A stretch of DNA of 64,000 nt, from IMG/VR virus record IMGVR_UViG_3300020178_000002, positions 1 through 64,000 of that record; one strand, given 5' to 3'. The notes below the pieces were generated by a model. The model did not search any database and was not told where the DNA came from. It saw only the letters and a program-made list of their open reading frames with translations. The first letter of the stretch is position 1; every line of letters starts with the position of its first letter. Below are positions 9,039-17,665 of this stretch, in pieces. Both the position numbers and the translations under genes were made by a program.

Positions 9039-9935
9039 ATGCACACAAAGGTATCTGCACAACAAATCAGGTCTCTTGAAATGAGAATTGCTAGGCTTGA
9101 AAAAGAAGCTGGTATTACAGAGTTTATTTCTAATATTGGAAACAAGCTTGTGAATTACCCAAGAAACTTCATAAAGAGAGTCACTGATGCTCTTAAGGAT
9201 GTTGGTTCTCAAACCGAGATTCTTCTTTGGGGTTCTCTTGGTGGTAAAAAGATTCTTAGAGAGTCTTTGGCAACTCAGTTAGAGATCCGAATCCGTACAG
9301 CTCTACAAGGAGCTATTTCTTCATTCAAAGACATGCCCTCTATTTCAAAGTTGGTTGTTTCAAATCCTATGAAATCAGAGTTCATACAGGTTGTGAGTGG
9401 TAGACCTAAGAAGATGGATGTCAAAGACCTTGCAGATTATTATGGTGGTCTTTCAGGTAAGTCAATCAAAGCAGCATATTTAAGTTGGGAAAAGGACTTC
9501 GGTCCTCTTTTGGATGCTCTTCAAGGGAAGAAACCAAGCTCTGGTGTATTGAAAACCGCTTTTAACAATTTCTTAAACTTCTTAAAAAGAACAAGTAAGC
9601 TTTTATATAGATTGATGAAGACTGTGCTTGCTGTATTCGGTTTTACATTTTTTATCTCTTTTGATTGGACTAGTCTTATTGTTGTAGCAGGAACACTTAT
9701 TGACTTGACAACCACAAACGCAATTCCTTTGGGTACAGCTTCTAGAGGCTTTTTCGAGCTTTTCTCTAATCTACAAGGAGGCTTTATTCCTGCTCTCTTA
9801 AATCTAATTGAGAAGGCATTCATTAAATTTGGTGTAAATGTAGATGCCTTTGATGAGAGAGCTAGTAAGATGGCTTCTGCTGGTGCTTCTTATCCAAACA
9901 TCAGAGTAGCTTTGGCTCAACTAGAGCAAATCTAA
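9039..9935 (+). CDS. IRSLEMRIARLE-leader protein with hydrophobic C-terminal region
   Basis: MHTKVSAQQIRSLEMRIARLEKEAG; AAGGAG SD. Confidence 0.8.
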   Translation: MHTKVSAQQIRSLEMRIARLEKEAGITEFISNIGNKLVNYPRNFIKRVTDALKDVGSQTEILLWGSLGGKKILRESLATQLEIRIRTALQGAISSFKDMPSISKLVVSNPMKSEFIQVVSGRPKKMDVKDLADYYGGLSGKSIKAAYLSWEKDFGPLLDALQGKKPSSGVLKTAFNNFLNFLKRTSKLLYRLMKTVLAVFGFTFFISFDWTSLIVVAGTLIDLTTTNAIPLGTASRGFFELFSNLQGGFIPALLNLIEKAFIKFGVNVDAFDERASKMASAGASYPNIRVALAQLEQI

Positions 9936-9975
9936 AAATCATTGGTAGAATCCTGTATCAACATAGGAGCTACCA

Positions 9976-10203
9976 ATGAGTAAAGATAAGTACGAAAAAA
10001 TCAATCACCCTAATCACTACCAATCCGAAAAGATGGAAGCGATAGAGGTGATTGAAGCTTATAACCTCAATTTCTCTTTAGGCTCTGCTGTCAAATATAT
10101 ACTCAGAGCAGGCAAGAAACCTGGAGAGTCTTCTATTGAAGATTTAAAAAAAGCGATCTGGTATCTTGAGAGGGAAGTTAAAAGGCATAGCGATCTTCAA
10201 TAG
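9976..10203 (+). CDS. DUF3310 family protein
   Basis: INHPNHY...EAIEVIE...FSLGSAVKYILRAGKK...EDLKKAIWYLERE signature. Confidence 0.9.
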   Translation: MSKDKYEKINHPNHYQSEKMEAIEVIEAYNLNFSLGSAVKYILRAGKKPGESSIEDLKKAIWYLEREVKRHSDLQ

Positions 10204-10213
10204 TTTTCTTATA
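10198..10213 (+). promoter_or_regulatory. putative late-type promoter
   Basis: caata gttttc ttata. Confidence 0.55.
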
Positions 10214-10245
10214 CATTACTCTTAATAAAAAACTTGGAGTATAAG

Positions 10246-11520
10246 ATGAGAAATCTAACAGCATCACAAAGAGTTGCCTCTTTGCATATTGCAAAAATGG
10301 AAAAAGAAGCTTTTCTTCTTGAAGCCATAAAAGAGAAGCTGCTATTAGGCACATTGACTACAGAAGCAAAAAGACAGAGTAAAGAAATGTCCTCTGAAGC
10401 TCGAAAAGGCATGAGGATGTTCTTTAATGACTCTGGTATAAACAGCCCTAAGAAGTTTACAGATTATATGGCAAGCGGTAAAGTTGACCTCAAAGACCCT
10501 TTTTCAAAGCTTCTTCATAGAGTGTGTAAGGGAAAATCTGTAGGTGAGGTTGGCGATATTGGTGGTAGGTTCTTCTCAGCTTACTATAAAAAAGACATCG
10601 AGGGGATGGCAGATGTTGTAGGAGTTGATGAAAAGGTGATGATGATCACTTGTATGCACTACATGAAAGACAGCCCCAAGATCAATTCTTTGGTTAAAAA
10701 AGGAGAGGACAGACTTAACAAGGCTTTATATGACAGAGTGCAAGAAACTTATCAGCTATATGTTGAAGAAAAGGCTCGGCAAAACCCAAACCAAAAACGT
10801 GGTAGTGATGCTATCTGGTCAAAGGAATTTGCTCAATTTTGCAAAGACCTTTGGCAGAATTCAGGAGATGCCTCTAAATTCGTAGATACTCTATTGACAT
10901 ATCTTAACGACAATATCATAAAAGATATGTTAGATGGCATTGTGGCTAAAGTGCCCATTGAGCATGAGATGTCTGCTGCCATCATGAAAGGCTTTTTCGG
11001 TGTTGTTGGATCTGTGGCTTCTTGGGTTGAGTGGGCTTTAGGTGGGGCTGTTTGGGCTTTGGGCTATGTTTTCACTATGCTTGTAGATGTTGAAAAGGGA
11101 GATGTCCTGCCCTATGTCTGGTCAACAGTTAGAGAAGTGTTACAAATAGGTTGGGTTATCCTTTCTCATGGGATAAAGCTTTGCTTTAATGTTCTCTCAA
11201 CGGGTCTTGTTTTAACAGCAGGGTTCTTAGGTCCTGCTTTTATTGTCAAGTTCCTCTTAGTAACTGTTGTTGCTTATCAAATATACCTATTTATGGCATG
11301 GGGTAACTATAAACTTACTGAATTACCAAAAGTTATATTCTGGGACTTCCCTAAAGCAATGCTCAAAAAGCTTTGGGATTTAGTCACAAATGGTGTCTAC
11401 AAGATGGACTCTAAAGCTAAGAAAGTTATAGTACAAGAAGTAGAGAAAGCAAAGAAGAAGTTGCCTGCACTTAAACCAGTACCTGCTGGAAGAGGCAGAA
11501 ATAGGTACTCAATGCCTTAA
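10246..11520 (+). CDS. leader-family protein with extensive hydrophobic C-terminal half
   Basis: MRNLTASQRVASLHIAKMEKEAF; GGAG SD before ATG 10246; several TM-like stretches. Confidence 0.8.
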   Translation: MRNLTASQRVASLHIAKMEKEAFLLEAIKEKLLLGTLTTEAKRQSKEMSSEARKGMRMFFNDSGINSPKKFTDYMASGKVDLKDPFSKLLHRVCKGKSVGEVGDIGGRFFSAYYKKDIEGMADVVGVDEKVMMITCMHYMKDSPKINSLVKKGEDRLNKALYDRVQETYQLYVEEKARQNPNQKRGSDAIWSKEFAQFCKDLWQNSGDASKFVDTLLTYLNDNIIKDMLDGIVAKVPIEHEMSAAIMKGFFGVVGSVASWVEWALGGAVWALGYVFTMLVDVEKGDVLPYVWSTVREVLQIGWVILSHGIKLCFNVLSTGLVLTAGFLGPAFIVKFLLVTVVAYQIYLFMAWGNYKLTELPKVIFWDFPKAMLKKLWDLVTNGVYKMDSKAKKVIVQEVEKAKKKLPALKPVPAGRGRNRYSMP

Positions 11521-12420
11521 TAACTCTCTCATTTGAAATAAGCCCTGTTCCTTATGCTTACACTCAAGCATTACATCTGCATCATTACTATACAGGTCAA
11601 AAGCCTCCCAATATGAATCAGAGTGTGCTTGGGGCTTAATTTTACTGTCCTTCTTTTCTTCACTTCTGCTCTGGGAGTAGTGAACAACAGGTTTAATAGA
11701 ACCCCAAGTAGATAATGCCATTTCTAAGGCTTCTCTTTCAGAGAGGTTTCCAGCACAAAACTTATGGTGGTGGTAGTCAAAGACTATAGGGGTCTTTGTT
11801 TTCTTGTAGATAAGGTTGTATAGGTCAAACACACTCCACATAGATGCTTTATCATCGTTTTCCAGAGTGAGTCTTGACTTCACTGATTCAGGCAATAACT
11901 TAAAGTTTTTGATCCACCTTTGAGCTGTAGCCTCCGCATCTCCATACATACCACCCACATGAATGTTTATTTTAGCGTATGTGGACATTTCAAGACCCAT
12001 AAGGTCAAAGACATCAGCATGAGTAGAAAGTTCTTTTATAGTTGATTCTACGACTTTCTCATTTGGTGAACCAAGCACATTAAAATGTCCTGGGTGTGTT
12101 GTTATCCTATGCCCTTTACTTTTTGCATAGTCTCCAGACTTTTTTAACAAAGAGCAGATTAGCTCATAATCAGGTAAGTCTTCTAAGTTATACTCACTCG
12201 ACCAAGGAAAAAGATTAGAAGATAGTCTAAAGAAGCGTATGTTCTCTTTTTCATTCCACTCTAAAATGGAAGATAAGTCTCTACAATTTTTCACGGCCAA
12301 CTCTGAAGCATAACTTATACCTTTTTGAGTAAATGTCCTTTTAATCATCGACCTGTTTGTAGTTACTCTTTCTTTCGACTCATTCAAAGTCTTGTTAATG
12401 CAAGCATATCCTAAATTCAT
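11509..12420 (-). CDS. uvsE: UV damage endonuclease
   Basis: LGYACIN, FFRLSS.LFPW, HPGHFNVLGSP, KINIHVGG, RLTLENDDK, PIVFDYHHH, VHYSQS, QAHSD, DVMLECK.KE. Confidence 0.95.
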   Translation of the reverse strand: MNLGYACINKTLNESKERVTTNRSMIKRTFTQKGISYASELAVKNCRDLSSILEWNEKENIRFFRLSSNLFPWSSEYNLEDLPDYELICSLLKKSGDYAKSKGHRITTHPGHFNVLGSPNEKVVESTIKELSTHADVFDLMGLEMSTYAKINIHVGGMYGDAEATAQRWIKNFKLLPESVKSRLTLENDDKASMWSVFDLYNLIYKKTKTPIVFDYHHHKFCAGNLSEREALEMALSTWGSIKPVVHYSQSRSEEKKDSKIKPQAHSDSYWEAFDLYSNDADVMLECKHKEQGLFQMRELLRH

Positions 12421-12476
12421 CCACTAATCCTTTTATTGTTACTTATATGAAGTGATCTCTTTGAAGGAGTTAAAAA

Positions 12477-13862
12477 ATGGACAGTATGATTGATAGAGTC
12501 CTTAGAAAATATGCTAAAAAGTCATTAAACAGGAAAATAGATGATGCCTTTAAAACATGGAAAGGCAAGAGTTCTCTTAGTAATCAAGAAATTGGCTATT
12601 GGACACTTAAGTCTTGGAAGAACTTTTCGAAGAAAGATATTTCTAAAGACCCTTTGAAGAGAAAGAGGAAAGAATACGCAAAGAGAGTTTTTAAAAAATT
12701 CGAAGAAGCTATTTTGAAAGATGAGGGAAAAAAGCAAGAGTCTCAAGATGGTTCTTTGGAAGAGAGCCAAGTAGTAAAGCTTCTTAGTAAGGAAAACTAT
12801 GGATTACCTAAGAAGTTCTACAGTAAAAACAAATTGATGATCAAAGATGTTAACCCCTCTGAAGAAGATGTTAAGAAGTTAGCTTCTGAAATAGGAGAGC
12901 TTTTTAAGACACCAGGTCACCAGAAAGGTTTAATAGGGTCTTTCGTTAGAGGTCAAAAGTTTTTCTTAAAGCGAAATGCTAAAATGATGAGTCAGTTTTA
13001 CAAACAGACACATCAATTCTTTAAGAAAGAAAAGGATGAGAAGGATTTAAGCCTAGAATCTAAAATTAAGGAAAACTTAGAAAGTAACCCAGAGCTACAT
13101 AGGACTTCAAAGCTACTTGCTGCAAATTGGACTCAATCTACAATTATTCCAAAAGTAGGTTTGCTTTTAGGTGTTGGGGGCAAGTTAAGCATAGGCTCTG
13201 CTGTAGCAGCCTCTGTCTCGACAGCAGTAGGTGGCTCTGCTGCTGTGGCTACTATGCCTGCATGGATTCCTTTGCTGGCTGGAGTCGCAGTTTCTTCCAT
13301 TGTGATGGGTCAAGTGTTTAAAAAGACTGTCAAGCAATTAAATAAAATGGAAGGTGGTAAGAGAGGTTATGAGTCCCTTGCTGCTGACATCTATGCAGGT
13401 TATGCAACTCCAGAGAAAATAGAAAAAGAGTATAAGGCAAAGATGGAAGAGATACTAAACTCTAAAGGTGACCCTAAAGCAAAGAAAAAGAAGATTCTTA
13501 AACTCTATGAGAAGTTTGACAAAGATGTCAGACCCTCAATAGATAAAGGTCTATATCTTTTAGGTGAGTCAGAGGGTGCAGCTTCTGGAGATTACTTAAA
13601 AAGAGGTGCTGAAGATGATCTTCCTGTTTACTTGCAACTCAAACATCTTAAGCAATCTTATGAGTCTGAAGATATAATCTTGGAAACTTTAAAGAGTGAC
13701 TCAAAAGACATCTCAAAAGAAGCACAGAAACTACTTTCTGGAAAAGAAGAGCTTCCTAAAGATGTCATGGACAGTATAAAGGGTTTTGTTGACTCTGGTA
13801 AGAAAGCAAGCTCTCAGAAGGTGGCTCAACTATACCTTAACTCTCTTCAATCTCTCTTTTAG
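12477..13862 (+). CDS. Lys-rich protein with central Gly/Ala-rich hydrophobic hairpin
   Basis: GLLLGVGG...AVAASVSTAVGGSAAVATMPAWIPLLAGVAVSS; C-terminal KKASSQKVAQLYL. Confidence 0.8.
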   Translation: MDSMIDRVLRKYAKKSLNRKIDDAFKTWKGKSSLSNQEIGYWTLKSWKNFSKKDISKDPLKRKRKEYAKRVFKKFEEAILKDEGKKQESQDGSLEESQVVKLLSKENYGLPKKFYSKNKLMIKDVNPSEEDVKKLASEIGELFKTPGHQKGLIGSFVRGQKFFLKRNAKMMSQFYKQTHQFFKKEKDEKDLSLESKIKENLESNPELHRTSKLLAANWTQSTIIPKVGLLLGVGGKLSIGSAVAASVSTAVGGSAAVATMPAWIPLLAGVAVSSIVMGQVFKKTVKQLNKMEGGKRGYESLAADIYAGYATPEKIEKEYKAKMEEILNSKGDPKAKKKKILKLYEKFDKDVRPSIDKGLYLLGESEGAASGDYLKRGAEDDLPVYLQLKHLKQSYESEDIILETLKSDSKDISKEAQKLLSGKEELPKDVMDSIKGFVDSGKKASSQKVAQLYLNSLQSLF

Positions 13863-14481
13863 TTTTTCTGTAGTATCTGAAAGCATCTTTAAACTTTAAG
13901 AACTTCTTGCCCTTACTTACTTCGATTGTACTCTTATAATAGTCAGTCAAAGAAGTAATTACCAAGTAATATGCTTTCCCATTCTTCGATTCTAGTTTAA
14001 CTATTCTAAGTTCTTGATTGTTAGGTAATATGAAGTACTCACCCACAAGCATTTCTTTAGAGGTCTTTCCTAAAATCCTCTTTTGGACTTCTCTTAGCTC
14101 TTGGAAAGTGTGTTCTATTCTTTGAGGTCTGAGACTCGAAAGCTGTCTCTTTAACAAGATCATTATCCTCGGTAGCTTCCTTCTTACAGTTTGTATCCTG
14201 TTTTCTTTTCCAGAGTCATTGCCAACTTCTTCTAAGATAGTGCCTACTACAACTGTTCTCAGTAAAATAGTATTACTGAGAACAGCACCTGAAAGATTAG
14301 CACCTGTCAAATCGGCACTTGTCAAATCAGCATTAGAGAGATCTGCGTTCTCTAAGTTGGCATAAGAAAGATCCGCTCCTATGAGTCTTGAGCCTGAGAA
14401 GTTGGTGTTTTTCAGATCTTGTTCAGACAACTGTATTTCGTTCAAGATTCTTCCTGACAAGTTCATTCCAGAGTAGTTCAT
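13837..14481 (-). CDS. pentapeptide repeat protein
   Basis: ADLSYANLENADLSNADLTSADLTGANLSGA. Confidence 0.9.
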   Translation of the reverse strand: MNYSGMNLSGRILNEIQLSEQDLKNTNFSGSRLIGADLSYANLENADLSNADLTSADLTGANLSGAVLSNTILLRTVVVGTILEEVGNDSGKENRIQTVRRKLPRIMILLKRQLSSLRPQRIEHTFQELREVQKRILGKTSKEMLVGEYFILPNNQELRIVKLESKNGKAYYLVITSLTDYYKSTIEVSKGKKFLKFKDAFRYYRKTKREIEES

Positions 14482-14596
14482 ATTTTCTCCTAATCTTTTT
14501 TACTTTTGTTGGTCATAAAGAGATAAAAAGATACCCCCCTTATTATCTTTGATAACTAACCTTATCAAAAACTGTATAGATTATAAGGAGAAAACT

Positions 14597-15028
14597 ATGA
14601 TTTACTTACTATCAAAGGAAGAGCTTGAGTCTCTTCGAGAAGATATTAACAATCAACTTAAAATGTTTGAACCAGATTCTACTCGTGGGGCTAAATTCAA
14701 AGAAGCTCTTGATCAGTTAGTGTTGGATGTTGAAGAAGCAGAGGAAAAGGACTTTAAAAGCCTTCGAGAGCTGGATAAGCGACTTGGAGAGCTTGAGGCA
14801 GATCCTTACTACTCAAAGTTGTATAAGCGAGATTTAGACTCATTGTTTATGAGCATTGTAATCAAGCACAATGGCTTCTTTCGGGTGTTGTATATGCTGC
14901 TAGGTAAAAGGCGGTGTGGTTGGCACTTAAGCTTCAAGATGCGTAGAGTTCCTCGACATAGTGTTCGTTGGAATCTTTTCGGTCTAGGACAACAAAAAGA
15001 TTCTGATGAAGACTCTGAGATTCGATAA
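14597..15028 (+). CDS. hypothetical protein
   Basis: Start reassigned to ATG 14597 after AAGGAG. Confidence 0.7.
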   Translation: MIYLLSKEELESLREDINNQLKMFEPDSTRGAKFKEALDQLVLDVEEAEEKDFKSLRELDKRLGELEADPYYSKLYKRDLDSLFMSIVIKHNGFFRVLYMLLGKRRCGWHLSFKMRRVPRHSVRWNLFGLGQQKDSDEDSEIR

Positions 15029-15054
15029 CACTATAAACAAAGAAAGGAAATTCC

Positions 15055-15303
15055 ATGAATAGAACAAAGATGGTTTGGGCTGCTCTTGCACTTTTTTCAC
15101 TTGGCACAATGATTATGCAACAAGTAAAGATTGTAAAGCAAAGCCGACAAATTAACATCTTGCAGTCTATGGTAGCTACTCAAAATGGCAATATTTCAAG
15201 CCAGCATGAGAGCATTAATAGACTTCAAGAGCAGAACATCTCTCTACAAGATGATTTAAATTCTTGTGAGGAATCTGCTATTCAACTTAATTTTAAACGT
15301 TAA
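15055..15303 (+). CDS. membrane-anchored coiled-coil protein
   Basis: One N-terminal TM helix, then heptads. Confidence 0.7.
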   Translation: MNRTKMVWAALALFSLGTMIMQQVKIVKQSRQINILQSMVATQNGNISSQHESINRLQEQNISLQDDLNSCEESAIQLNFKR

Positions 15304-15337
15304 TTTAAAAGTTGATGCCTTGAGCCAATAGGCTCTT

Positions 15338-15373
15338 AGCCCTGCTTTCCATTTGGGAAGTGGGGCTTTTTTT
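15338..15373 (+). terminator. intrinsic terminator
   Basis: agccctgctttcc-attt-gggaagtggggct followed by a T-run. Confidence 0.8.
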
Positions 15374-15714
15374 TATCCTCTAACAATGACTTTTAAATGA
15401 GCCACACCTCTTTTAGAGCCATTTTGGATAACAAGGTCATCAACTTTCGTAGAGATCACTTCAAAGTCAGTGAGGTTTCTGGCTTTTAGTTTTGCTTGGA
15501 CTTGTTCAATCACCTCATCACCACAAATATGGACATTACTGCTGTTCTCCAAATCTTTGAGGTTGATATTAAAGGGTACAGAAAGTCGGAGAACCATATT
15601 GAACCCATCTACTTCGTAATTTGAATCTAAGAAGTCTGGGTCTTGAATTAGAGATGTCAGTCTCTTTAAGTTATTTCGGGGGGTGCTCATAAGTTTTTTG
15701 ATATATCTGATCAT
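15373..15714 (-). CDS. hypothetical protein
   Basis: 113-aa ORF with AAGGAG SD. Confidence 0.7.
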   Translation of the reverse strand: MIRYIKKLMSTPRNNLKRLTSLIQDPDFLDSNYEVDGFNMVLRLSVPFNINLKDLENSSNVHICGDEVIEQVQAKLKARNLTDFEVISTKVDDLVIQNGSKRGVAHLKVIVRG

Positions 15715-15866
15715 TTTAATCTCCTTTTAATTTTTAAAGTATTTTCCCTTTTTATATGATCAGAAACCTAACTTCATAACTTATTCTTACCTCTCGCTAG
15801 TCTTTTATACAGGATATAGAGCAGATCACATAGAAAGAGATCATTGCATACAGGCCAGGAGTTATC

Positions 15867-15882
15867 TAATAAGCTGTTTATA
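15867..15882 (+). promoter_or_regulatory. putative late-type promoter
   Basis: taata agctgt ttata. Confidence 0.6.
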
Positions 15883-15919
15883 ATCAGCCCTCTTTTGACA
15901 AAGACACAAGGAGGGTAAA

Positions 15920-16420
15920 ATGGCTGTAGCTTTTAAAAGAAACCAAATACTAGGCAGGGGAGACTTAGATATCTTCCTCACTAATTCAAATGGCAATGTC
16001 TCAAATGCTGCCGAGATTACTTATGCCCTTTACTTTGTAGAGCCTGGACCACCAGAAGCAGATGTTCTTATCGGTGATCCACAGCGTATTCCAGAGAACC
16101 CATCTGTTGGGGAATACTATGCTTCTGTTAGGATTCCTACAACAGCTACTTATGGTAGATACAGGATAAGGTGGACTCTTAAAGAGTTTGTTAATAGTAA
16201 CTCACAGACAGTAGTACAAGAGTTTGGTGTTGTTGCAGAAAATGCTGTTTTGGGTCTTCAGCTTACAGAAGCTCAGAAGTCTATGGTCTATAAGTTGCGT
16301 ATGCTTTTAAGAGATCAGTGTCTTGCTGGAGAAGAACTCGTCACTGTTGATGCTGACGGTGAAAAGATCACACTCCCTATCGAAGAACTATATGACATCA
16401 TAGGAGATGGAAATGCTTGA
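15920..16420 (+). CDS. N-half of a fractured putative head-tail adaptor: 133-aa N-extein + 33-aa IntN
   Basis: Ends ...LRMLLRDQ|CLAGEELVTVDADGEKITLPIEELYDIIGDGNA*: intein block A plus an IEEL motif. Confidence 0.85.
   Translation: MAVAFKRNQILGRGDLDIFLTNSNGNVSNAAEITYALYFVEPGPPEADVLIGDPQRIPENPSVGEYYASVRIPTTATYGRYRIRWTLKEFVNSNSQTVVQEFGVVAENAVLGLQLTEAQKSMVYKLRMLLRDQCLAGEELVTVDADGEKITLPIEELYDIIGDGNA
16319..16417 (+). other. short split-intein N-fragment (IntN, 33 aa)
   Basis: Cys1 at 16319; CLAG...PIEELYD; no block B in this fragment. Confidence 0.85.
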
Positions 16421-17282
16421 AGAACTGCTAGTTAAGTTTGACCTCACAATAGAGCAACTGAACAAAAAAGGTCGAGTAGCTAAAGAGATTGTAGAAAAGC
16501 GTTCTGCTCTTGTTTCACATCTCCATAAGCAAGGGTTCTCTTGGAAAGAGATGACCGAAATCACAGGTCTTTCCAACGGGTCTATTCAGAGGCTGACCAA
16601 AGCGAAAGGCTGTAAAGCTGTTCAAGACAAACGCAAGAAGTTAGGTGCTAACGCTGGTCGATCCACCAAAGGTATGGATAGGTCTGAGCAACTAAAAAAA
16701 CAATGGGCTAAAGGAGACTTTGATTTCCATCGGGGGAGAGTTCGACCACAACATGAGCGTGATAAACTTAAAAAGGCTTGGGAAGATCCCAAACTTAGAT
16801 TGTTAGCCTCCGAGAACGCTAAGAAGTATGTGTGGGGAAATTCAGATGTGAAACAGAAGCTCATGGACTTTCACCACGATCCCGAAGAAAGAGCAAGGAG
16901 ATCGAACGCTCAAGCGATTAGGATGAAAGAGAACCCGACACCTTACCTTAGAGGCAAAACCTCAATAGAGGCTACACCTAAAGGTACTAAAGATGAGGTT
17001 CGTGTTCGCTCAAGCTATGAAGCAAAGACAATCTCCATCTTAGAGTCCGACCCTAATGTCAAAAGCTATACCTATGAGCCAATATACAAAGTTGCTGGAA
17101 GAACAATACTCCCCGACTTTGTTGTCCACTATCAAGATGGATCTACTACTCTTGTTGAAGTTAAACCACAATGGGCTTTAAACCGAGAAGATGTTATCGC
17201 CAGGTTAGCCCTATCTCAAAAAGTTGCTGATGATAATGGTTGGTCTTACCAAACATGGACTGAAAAGGAGTTGGGACTATGA
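16413..17282 (+). mobile_element. free-standing putative homing endonuclease (HTH + basic repeats + TnsA-N-like PD-(D/E)XK)
   Basis: GFSWKEMTEITGLSNGSIQRL HTH; RSSYE...YTYEP...PDFVVHYQDG..LVEVKP; AGGAG SD inside the IntN coding region (alternative ATG 16407); stop overlaps the next ATG (ATGA). Confidence 0.8.
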
Positions 17283-17665
17283 CATCTCAAGAACAAGCAC
17301 AGAAGATTAAAGACGCTTTCAAAAAAAGGAAGCTATCAATCAAATCTATGGACACTCAAGGTGATTTCTCTTGGAAGCAAATCTCTAAAGCTCATAAGAA
17401 CCCGACACCTATTGAACCCATTTATAAAATCACCACAGAGCAAGGTAAACATCTCACTATCACAGGTGGACACCGAGTCTATATGTCTCCTAACCTTTGT
17501 GTTCCAGCAGAGGAGCTGTCCGTAGGACTTAGCTTACAGACATCACAAGGAGCAACTAAGATTTCCAATATCGAGGTCATCGAAAACAGACCCTTTATGT
17601 TCGACCTTACTGTTGAGGAGAACCATAACCTTGTACTCGAAGGTTCTGATGTGGTCGTTCATAAC
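17279..17665 (+). other. long split-intein C-fragment (IntC)
   Basis: Contains block B (TxxH), block F and terminal HN followed by Cys +1; lacks block A. Confidence 0.85.

Noticed and set aside
8967-9212. N-terminal extension of ORF 8355..9212
   Set aside because: It overlaps the divergent gene; the SD and leader motif support ATG 8966.
15055-15303. i-spanin (Rz) assignment
   Set aside because: Topology fits, but no o-spanin lipoprotein or adjacent lysis genes were found.
16407-17282. Tn7-like transposon suggested by the TnsA-like domain
   Set aside because: No TnsB/TnsC or terminal repeats; the context fits a free-standing homing endonuclease.
16400-17290. Group I intron rejoining the intein halves at RNA level
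   Set aside because: The endonuclease ORF overlaps both flanking ORFs, leaving no non-coding room for a ribozyme core. RT-PCR would exclude it formally.
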